In this document: in pieces, positions 54,111 to 64,000 of the stretch | Layout: every line of letters starts with the position of its first letter | How positions within the stretch are numbered: the stretch's first letter is position 1 | Assembly (NCBI GenBank): GCA_028534125.1 | Contig: CM052818.1 | Location: 18,540,001 to 18,604,000, forward strand | Source of the DNA: Lama glama | Lineage: Eukaryota | Direction of reading: 5' to 3' | Length of the DNA stretch: 64,000 nt | Translations under genes and position numbers: made by a program | The notes under the pieces: model-generated | Told to the model about the DNA's origin: nothing | Database searches by the model: none | Seen by the model: the letters and a program-made list of their open reading frames with translations, nothing else

Positions 54111-57100
54111 TGTATAGTCATAACTGGATTTTCTACACATTTAGTCTGCTTTCGGTCTTGATAACATTTTGTAAAATAATTCAAAATAGTTTATTAAAAA
54201 TTATAAACTTTATTATAAAGTATCTCTTCTCTGGAATGTTTTTTTCATATTTCTGACTTTTCTCCTCTGTAACTAGTTACTTATCTTCACTCAGATGCAG
54301 TCCTCTCTCTTGTGAACAAGTATTCTAGAATTTGTCTCAGTGATGAGAGAATACTAATTAGTCATGTTATATATACATACATAATTAACTTTTTGATTCA
54401 CAGTAAATCACAGAACCAAAACAACTAAGCAAGCAAAACAGCAGAAAGTAAAACAAAGGAAAAATTAAAATACATCCTATTGGAGAAACTTTAAATTATG
54501 TACTCTTAATTATCGTTTGAGCCCAAGGTATTTGTTCACATACTCTGAAAACAACTTTCACAGACTTTTCCACAAATACTGGTCTTTATTTTCTACATTA
54601 TAATTTAAGTTTTAATGTACAGAGTCATAGTGTCCTGTCTTCCTCATTCTCAGATCCTTTTATTCATTAGTTATTCCTCTCAACTGTCTTCTGCATCAGT
54701 TCTTTATTTTGCATTTCTACTGCCACACCCACATCTCAGGCCATTTCCCCTTACCTCTGAAGTACTACTATGCCTCCCTCATTTTTATTCATATCCAATC
54801 TTTCCCATGTCCACACTCTCATACCTATCACCACTGACTTCCTAAATTCCCATCTCATCTTGTTACATACCTGCCAAAAGTCCTGAGCAGCTTATCAGTA
54901 GCTATAAATTTAAGTTTTAGTTCCTAGCCTAACATTCAAAGAGCTCCAGAATCTATCCTCAAATTTTCTTACTTTATATCCTATTTTTCTACATGAAACA
55001 AAGTGTTCCAATTACTTTCCCCTCGTTGTGCCCTGCGCATCTCCATGCTGGTGCCTGTGCCACTCTTACCAAATGGAGCACCTGTCCTCCTCTGGGATCC
55101 TTTAAGACCCCAGCTACAAGTTTATCTTCTCAAACTCTTCTTAATCCACTCCCTCCCTAATCCACTATAGTCAAGACACCTCCTCTACTTGGAATAAGGC
55201 AGGGCATAAATAACAAATAATCCACAAGGGTTTCTCTCTTAGACTTCTTTAGGCACTTGGCATCTGTATCACTCATCTGTCTTTTGTTCTACACTACTGG
55301 ATATTATTATCGTACATGTACATCATTTATTTCACCTACATTATAAATTCCTTTAGTGATACACTCATCTGCTTTGTTTCTCCCACTGTATCTATCCTAG
55401 TTGCACATGTAAGTGATTAATAATTTTAGCTGATGCACTTTTATAACTGAAATATAAAACAATCCTTGTTAAGAATTTTCCTTATGAGATGGTCTCATAG
55501 AAAGTGTGTGTGTTCCTAGTCTAAATAATTTCTTATACACAAACCATAAAAACATCAAATGCTCAAAAAATTTATATTTCCATTTTGTTATTTTTTTTTT
55601 ACCATATTGGATGATATCACTGGTAGATTGCAGAATTACTAAAAGGGGTTAACCAATTTGGAATAACTCATCTAAACTTACAAAATATTTTTAAAAGGTA
55701 TTTTGTTCAAATGTTATAACATTTGCTATAAATGGGCTGCTTTTGGTTTCCTCAAAAATGTGCTAAATCCATAAGTAAATTAAGAATCTTTATGTCACAA
55801 GGTCTTCAATAAATGTGTTCAGCACTGGAAATAATCTTTTCTTCACAATGTGCAATATTTTTATTAATATCAAGTTTCTTCCTAAGAGTTATTACCATGG
55901 GCTTCCTATTTATAATTTAGCTTTCTAGTTTTAAATTACAAAGTTCCCACCTAGCTGTGAGTATACTTACATGAAAAACAGAAAAATATTAACCTACTAA
56001 CATGAGTCAACAGAAAATTCCCCACTAAATTCCCCTGCTCACCACCCCAGTTAACTGTTAATCATTCTGAAGTTATTAGTTTTGCTACACAACTTAAAAG
56101 ACTTCAGTTGAGTACCTCAGCCAGAACTGGAGTCACATTGCCCTACGAAGTCTGAGCTGTACAGACGACTTTTCATACATATTATAGCACACTGAACACG
56201 TAAGTAAAGCAGGTAATCCAGGCAAGGTCAGTTGGCCAGCCCCAAAGAGACTAACTGCAAACTCAGCAAGACCTTCTTAGCAGACGGGGAGAAGTGGAAA
56301 GTGTGTTAAAAAAAAAAAAAAACACTGTAGGATGCATACATGAAGAAAAAGTTTGAATTCAGAATTACTATACATGATACTCACATAAATTTAATTTAAC
56401 ACAACAAACTGCAAGCTCTATAATGGAGACACATTCTCCACCAATAAAATGGTATAGGATGACATTTGCAAGTTACTGCATTTATAAGAACTTAGAACTT
56501 AACTTTATGATATTTTATTATAATATACAACAAGAAATGTTTAGCTTGGAAATGATTAAAAGGTTCCTGAATGCAAAAGTAATACATTAAAGCCAAGTCT
56601 CAGATAAACTTCATCAACTTCCAGGGCTTAAAGAATAATCTCTCTTTCAAAATGGATTAAGATTTGTCTCACTCTATCTTTAGTATATGGGTTAAAAATA
56701 ATTTTTTAACTATGAGTTATGACCCAACAATAGGTAGTAAAATCAATTTAGTGGGCCAACACCACCAAAAAAAATTTTAATGCAACAGAAAAGAATCAAA
56801 TAGAAAATATAGAAGGCCAAGCATTTTTTTCTGATATTTTGTTTAATTTGTGTTATATGTATCTATGCAAACATACATTGGTTGTTAAACTATTTTTTTT
56901 TAGTGTGGCACCTGGCCAAAAGAATTGAAAACCACTAGTTTAGACAGCTTTTCAAGAACTAGGATTCTTTTCTAGCACTATTTGAGATGAATAAAAGGGC
57001 ACTAGGTCCAAAATAATTTGAGAAATCTCTTAATTCTCCATGCAGTCAGCACCAAAATAATCATCATTTATATTAGCATGCGAAGATAATTATTTTGGGC

Positions 57101-59124
57101 TTTGTTTTATTTTGTGGTAAACTTATTTTAAATGGATGCTTTTACATTTTTAAAAGACCAGGGGCAAAAAGGCACTCAGAGACACAAATGGAACAATGAC
57201 TTTTTCCTCTGATAAAATGTACCACATAAATAAAGAGTGTCAATATAATAACAGTATTTGTAACATGGAAAATTAAAAAAAATCATTGAAGCAAAGTGAG
57301 AATTTAAAGTTCACAGTAGAAAAGAGGAAAGGAATTTTAGAAACAACTATTATTGTCTCTTCCAAACACTTAAACCAACACATTAAACCCCAACTTCCAA
57401 GTGAATGCACCTTGTCACTAAATTCAGCAATTAGTGTGCAGTAAGTTTGCCTAGGGCAAATACAGAGTGACAGGGTGAGCTTGGTTAAAAGAAAGCAGGA
57501 AGACAACTAGAAAGTATAGTCCTCAACACTGGAGGGGGTACATTTAAGGGGCAGGCACAAAGAATAAGTGCCCTCTTTTTGCCTTCCATGTAGAAAGATG
57601 AACAGTAGGCAAAATCCATGCAGAGAACCCATGGGAGCTCCTGGGAGCTCTCAAAAGCCAAAGAAGAATCTGTAATAGCAGTGGTGGTAGTGAACAGGGC
57701 AATCACTCGGAGGATGAATAAGGCACAATTGGAGAATCTGGATAGGGGACCAGCCCACTCACTAGTTACTAACTGGATCCTCAAGCAGCTGCCAACTTTA
57801 GGCCAAAGATAGTGTCCCACTCATGTTGTTCATGGCCCAGAAGAGATTTATCCAGATTTTGGAAAGGTCCAATAGTCCTTAGGTAGAAAAGGGTAGAACA
57901 GAACAAGTGTTGGAATAAATTAAGCTCTCCAAGTGAGGTTGCGTCTGAAAAAGAAATAGGGAATTCACCCTGTGACCAGCTGGATCCAGATATCTAATCT
58001 TTAAAGGGCTTTCACAGACCATAACCCACTCAAACCCAGAACCGCTTTCTGTGAGAGATTTACTCTCCCGGAGAACATTCAGGGCCAAAATGAGGAATCC
58101 TAGATTTAGAAACCATGTATACTCCACCCACTAAGAGAAGCAGAATAATGAGGAAAATGTTCCTTTGAGGAATTTGAATCTATTAAGGAAGAGAATATTA
58201 CAGAATCCTTTACTGAGATATTAATTTGCTTTGTTTTTATCGGTGTAGGAAAACGGGAGCTATTTGTGTTTCACATTTTGTTTCCCCTCCATGATTTTAA
58301 AGACCGTTATCTAGGTCTTCTGTTTTCAAATGAGATTGCTTCACCAAAGCAGAAGATTCCTGAAGAGAACATCTCTTCTTGGCTTTTGTTTTAGGAAACC
58401 TAAACCCAATGGGGGAATTCTCAGTTAGGAAAAAGAAAGATGGTATCTTCAAGGGGTAAAGAGTTTGCAAAGGGATCTTCCACTGTAGGAAAAATAGGGG
58501 GCAGGGGGATTAGAGAGAGGGGGAAGAAGACAGAAGTATGAAGTTTCAAGAATTAGAATGGGAACATAACCTATTCTACAGAATTCCCCCAGGAAAATAA
58601 CAAGATACAAAGAAGAATGGCCTGGCCACGTGACAGACCCAGAGAGGCTGATCCTTAGCTCCAGGGATCCAGGCCTCAGGAAAGATTTTCATGTTCAAGT
58701 ATTATACAGGGTCAACAGAGGCACCTCCCTCCAAGGAACCATCAGAGCCTGCAAAACCAGCCTCCTGCCAGTGATGAGTGTAGAATGAAGATCCAAAGAA
58801 GCCTTCTTCAATAATCCTACCACTTGTAAGACGCTCCAGGATCTTTTGTAACATGGTTTGGTGAGAGGTGGGAGGAACACCAGCCCCAATAATAACTGAT
58901 AGTGACTTTACGATGAAGGGCAATTGGGTCTGATTTAAATTTCACTTCGAAATTAAATAAATATTATTTCTTCATTGTAAATCACACCCGATACATCTAC
59001 GCTTTGTTAATGAGGATTAAAATAGACAATGAGGATTAAAAAATAAAAACCTGTTAAAATAGTCTGAAATGTAAAATGGAAGAAATGTAAAATTATATAT
59101 TTGTATCTGCATCTGAATTATAAT

Positions 59125-59130
59125 TTTATT
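59125..59130 (-). terminator. GTF2A1L: Candidate GTF2A1L polyadenylation signal (AATAAA on - strand)
   Basis: TTTATT on +, 66 nt beyond the GTF2A1L stop codon. Confidence 0.6.
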
Positions 59131-59196
59131 AAATTCCATACAGTAAATAATGTGATATAGTCCCACTGATATTTATGGTGTTTGAGCTCATAAGTT

Positions 59197-59304
59197 TTAC
59201 CACTCTGCATCACCAATGGCTTTTGCAAATACATAGTCTCTCCCTCCAAAACAAATAACACCATCTTTCAAATAGAATTTCCATTTGTTCTTGCTTCGAT
59301 GAAT
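59197..59304 (-). CDS. GTF2A1L: GTF2A1L (ALF, TFIIA alpha/beta-like factor) last coding exon: IHRSKNKWKFYLKDGVICFGGRDYVFAKAIGDAEW*
   Basis: Reverse complement gives tttttctacttaCAG|ATT CAT CGA...GAG TGG TAA, the TFIIA C-terminal beta-barrel motif. Convergent synteny with LHCGR is known. The ORF track misses it. Confidence 0.95.
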   Translation of the reverse strand: MHRSKNKWKFYLKDGVICFGGRDYVFAKAIGDAEW

Positions 59305-60409
59305 CTGTAAGTAGAAAAACAGCTGAAATTAATTAAATTTAGAAGGTAAAGGATTATCTACGTTTCTTTGCATATCCCATGGGATTGCTGTGATCCTAAA
59401 TGGGAGTTCTTTAAAAATAAGACCTCCTCAAGATAGTCTGTTCATTCATTCAGCAAATATTTGCACTCCTATGTGTCAGATATTATTTTAGGCACTGGAT
59501 ATCTACTAGTTTTTTTAAAAAGGAAAGAGAAATATATATATATGTGTAATTTTTTTAGAAAGGAAAAAATTTCAGTCTCTGAAAAGTTGACATTTTAGTA
59601 AGGATGGGAGAAACAGACCTAATAAATATATAAACTACACAAAATATTAAAAGGCAGTAAATGTTATGGAAAATAGATCAGGAAAAGGAAGATCACAAAC
59701 ACAAAGGTTTACAATTTTAAATAGAAGAGTGAGGGTGAGCCTGACTTCTGAGGTAACATTTGAGTAAAGACTTTAAAAATATGAGGGGTAAAGCCAAGAA
59801 GACATTGACTACAGAGCATTCCAGATAAGGGAACAGAAGTCCTGACGAAGGGCATGCCTGGATTGCTCAAGAACAGCAAAGAGTTCAGGATGTCTGCAAA
59901 GGAATAAATAGAGAGGCTGTAGTTAATATTATCAGGGATAAAAAAAAAAAGAGTGGTCTTTCATTGTGAAGAAGAAAGTCATAATACACTGAGCAAGGTC
60001 AGAAAATACACCTTATAATCTATCAGACTCTATTGGCTATTCTTTGGAGTCAATAAATCAGCCTGATACAGACAAAATAAAAACTAGAAAATCCTACTAC
60101 CTTAAAAGGTAAGAAATCACACAATCATTGTTACTTCTGGGTAACCCACAAGTGACTATTTAAAAACCTTAGAAATGTATGATTTGAAGTCAAACATAAA
60201 AATTAAACCTAAAATTGTTGACTGCAAATAGTCAACAAGGACGAAAATCCTGTGACCAGTATTCAGATGCATTTCTGAAGCATAAGAAAATACAAAAGAT
60301 AAACCCCCTATTTTTGTGGGGGGAAAAAAGTCCTAATAATGGAAAATTTGTTAGTTTGACTCCCAAATTTTCACTTGCACATACCTTTTTGTGTGTGTGT
60401 GTGTATATA

Positions 60410-60828
60410 TTTTTTTCTTAATTGACATATAGTCAGTTTACAATGTTGTGTCAATTTCTGACACATAGCATAATGCTTCAGTCATATGTGGACATACATA
60501 TATTTGTTTTCATATTCTTTTTCACCACAGATTACTATAAGATATTGAATATAGTTCCCTGTGCTATACAGTATGAACTTGTTTTCATCTGTTTTATATA
60601 TTTAGCATCTGCAAATCTTGAACTCCCAATTTATCCCTTCCCACTCCCTTCCCCCACTGTAACCATGTTTGTTTTCTGTGTCTGTGAGTCTCTGTCTGCT
60701 TTGTAAATAAGTTTGCCTTTTTTCGTTTTTTAAGATTCCATATATAAGTGATATCATATGGTATTTTTCTTTTACTTTTCTGGCTTACTTCACTTAGAAT
60801 GACAATTTCCAGGTCTATCCATGTTGCT
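60410..60828 (-). mobile_element. Younger L1 3' end fragment in the GTF2A1L last intron
   Basis: Its reverse complement aligns by eye with 53650-54090 (e.g. 'tcattctaagtgaagtaa', 'ctgtatagcacagggaa'). Confidence 0.85.
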
Positions 60829-60899
60829 TGGGAAACACGACAGTGATGACAGAATCCTTAACTCAACACAGATGATAAAATTTGACCAGAATTAGAGGA

Positions 60900-63800
60900 A
60901 TATTAATAGCAGAAGCAACAATAACTCACCCTAGTATCTTTATCAAGTAACTACATTTATTCTACAAATGTAACAATGATGGTTCAATACTAGGAATTTA
61001 CTAGTATAAAAACTGTATTACTAGACCCAAGGAGATAAATCATATAATCATCTCCAATGATGCTGAAAAAGCATTTAAGGAAACTCATGCATTTTAGTTT
61101 TTTTTTTAACTCAAAATAAGAAAGACCATATCCACAAACATACAGATACCCCTACCTCAGCCAAAAAGCCATGACTTATTGCTTAGTGGGGAAAATCCTC
61201 AAAGTATTTCCACTAAAGTCAGGATATAGACAAGAATACCCACTATTATCCAACTTTTCACTCTAGAAATACTAGCCAACACAATTAGACAAGAAGAAAG
61301 ACCTCAAGATATAAAAACTGGAAAAGATGAAATAAATTTGCAGATGCAACGATTAGATGACTGAAAAACCTAAGATAATCAACTATAAATGACTAAGAAT
61401 TCAGTATTGATAGAAAAATCAATATACAGAAGTTCATAGCCTTCATATATGCAAGCAACAGTTAGAAGATATAAAGGAAGAGCCCTTTACCATAACAACA
61501 TAAGAGATAACATAGCTAAGGATACATTTTAAAAATACTTGATCTATTGGCACCATTCAGTACACTCTTTTCTTTGAAACATTTTCCTCACTGGGCTTCT
61601 TTAATACTCCTGGCTTTCCACATGACTCTGGCCACTCCTTAATTTTCTTTACTGATTCCTCCTACTCTTTCACCTCTCAACTTTAAAGTGTACCAGGACT
61701 CTTCTTTCTGTTTATATTCATTCTCTTGGTGATCTTATCTGATCTCATGACTTTAATCATCTATATGCTAATGACTCCCCAAATTTACATCTCTAGCTCA
61801 CACCTCATCCTTAGACTCCAGATTCTCATCCACTGCTTCAGCACCTCTTTCTGAAAGTCCAATAAACATCTCAATCAAGTTTAAACCTAAGACACTGATA
61901 TACTCTCCCCCAAACTTCACAGTCTTCCCCATCTCAGTGGGGAATGGTCACTCATCCAGACCAAAAACCTTGAGACAATCTTTATACCTCCTACTCACAC
62001 CTCATATCCAGATCCATTAGCAAAGATTAGTTCTACCTACAAAGCATATTCATATTCCAACCACTTCTATCATCTCCACTATCAATACTCTTATCTAAGC
62101 CACCATCTCATCTTGCCTGGATTAATATGCCCATGACTAGTTTCTCTATTTTTACCCTTTTCCCCCTGTAGTCTACTCGAAACATGTAGCCAGAGTGGCC
62201 CTGTTAAAAACATAGACTAGATTATCATTTCTAAGCTCAAACTTCTCCAATGACTTTCAAAAATAAAGTCCTTAGAATGGACTATAAGATCCTGCTCCTC
62301 CCCTCACTAAGTGCTCTGGTTTCTTCACTGTTCCCCAAACACACAAGTATTCTTCTACCTCAGGACGTATGTATTTACTGTCTAAAATGATTACATCCAA
62401 GTATCCTCATGGTTCATTCTCTTACCTCCTTTCAATCTTTATCCTATCACAGTCTCAGTAAGGTCTCCCTTGGACATTGCATTAAAATTGCAGCCTACTC
62501 CTTAACATCATTACCAAATTCTATTAATTTAATGTGACTTCAATGAAAATCCAAAAGGGTTGGTTTTGAACCAACAAGGCGATTCCAAAGTCAATACAGA
62601 GCAATAAACAAGAATATCCAGGAAAACATTGGAAAAGAGTATGGTGGAAGCACTAACCCTACCAGATATTTAAAACCTCAGTAATTAAATCAATGTAGCA
62701 CAGGCTAATGGAACAAAACAGAAAATCAAGAAGTACACTCAAATACATATAGAAATTTAGAGGATAATAAAGGAATCATTCTCTTATTAGTGGAGACAAA
62801 ATAGACTTTTCAACAAGCAATGTTAAGAAAATTGGGTAGCCACTGTGGATAAAAAGGTGGAATCATGTGTCACATTATGTACCAAAATAAACACCCCAAT
62901 CAATTAAGACTTACAATTGAAAAAAAAAAAAAACAAAGAAATACTAGAAGAAAACATGTGTGAATCCCTTTAAAATTCTGAGGTAAGAAAGAACTTTCTA
63001 TTCATGACTCAAAATTTAGAAGCCATAAAATAAAGGTTGGCAAATTCAACATCTGCATGAAAGAAAGAAAAAGCATTGAAAGCAAACAACTGTGGAAAAA
63101 GTATTTCTGCACGTACATACCAAGGGCTAATCTTCCCCTTAAATAATACAGAGCTCTTAGAAATAAATAAATTGACCAGTAATACAACTTTTTAAAACAC
63201 AGACAAAAGTTATCAACAAGCAGTTCACATAAAAGTAAATTGAAGTGGCTTTTAAACACACAAAAAGTTAAAAATTTCACCAAGATACCATTTTTAACTT
63301 TTCATAATAGAAAAGATTCAAACATTTTATTATACTCTATTGACAAGTGTGTAGGAAAGAAGCACTCTCAAACACTGTAATAGGCGTATATACTGGAATA
63401 TCCTCTAGGAGAGCATTCTGACAATATCTAATCAAATACATCTGCCCTTTGACCCAGTAATCCCATTTCTGGGGATTTATTTAGATAAAACTGCCCATAT
63501 ATGAAATGTTCTGTGTACATGGTCATTCAATAGCAAACAACTAAAAAATAATTCAAATATTCATCAGTAGAGAATCAGTTAAATAAATTTTAATAATTCT
63601 ACAATGGAATATTATAGTTATAAAAATACTAGCACCAAGATCTCCAAGATATATTGTTAATCTCTTAAAAAGACAAGGTGAAAAATACAGTGTTGTCTAT
63701 TCTACCCTTTAGGGCTTTGCTTGAGTGAGACTCTAAATATTAAGAAAGTAACATAACTGGTTACTTATTTACATTAAAGGCAATGACAGGGAGCCACTGG

Positions 63801-63900
63801 GAGGAAAAGCAAAATGGTGAAGGAGCGGGCAACAGACTTTTTTCATGGTATACCTTTTAGAGTTTTTAGATTTTTTAACAATGTGTATGCAGTACTTATT
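60900..63900 (+). mobile_element. Degraded ancient L1M ORF2/3' remnants interrupted by an L2 segment (~61550-62490)
   Basis: L1 motifs 'gatgctgaaaaagcattt', 'tactagccaacacaattagacaaga' and 'tttgacccagtaatcccatttctggggattta'; L2 motifs 'ctcatgactttaa...tatatgctaatgactcccc' and 'gtagccagagtggccctgttaaaa'. Confidence 0.6.
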
Positions 63901-64000
63901 CAAAAAACAAAACATACATATAGAGAGAGAAAGAGATACTGTACTACACACTTAGTAATTATTAGCATCTAACGGACAAAGCCAGCTAAATTATTAAAGA

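Noticed and set aside
59305..64000. Further GTF2A1L exons
   Set aside because: No segment encoding the preceding '...NVIVCQYDK'-like peptide was found by eye; the region is mostly L1/L2 remnants, so that exon is probably beyond the window.

Overview
Mammalian genomic DNA, not prokaryotic. The receptor protein is cetartiodactyl-like, and the young L1 3' ends suggest a camelid (inference). The + strand carries LHCGR (LH/choriogonadotropin receptor) exons 2-11 (15666-50454). All have canonical AG/GT sites, phase-2 junctions and sizes 72/75/75/75/78/69/75/186/81/1153 nt, and they splice into one open frame. Exon 1 is not visible and probably lies in the 500-N gap at 4222-4721. The last coding exon of the convergent gene GTF2A1L (ALF) is on the - strand (59197-59304). 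The rest is intronic or intergenic, with MIR, L2, L1, MER and MLT fossils. The most notable observation is in intron 6 (24090-24248). It looks like the orthologue of LHCGR exon 6A, which is described as primate-specific. It has an intact acceptor, an in-frame 32-aa ORF plus stop and a GT donor giving a 159-nt cassette, but only AATAAC where a terminal poly(A) signal would be. In exon 11 the cryptic acceptor 266 nt in is retained, while a second cryptic acceptor recalled from pig appears abolished by a synonymous change. Cross-species comparisons are from memory and need alignment to confirm.
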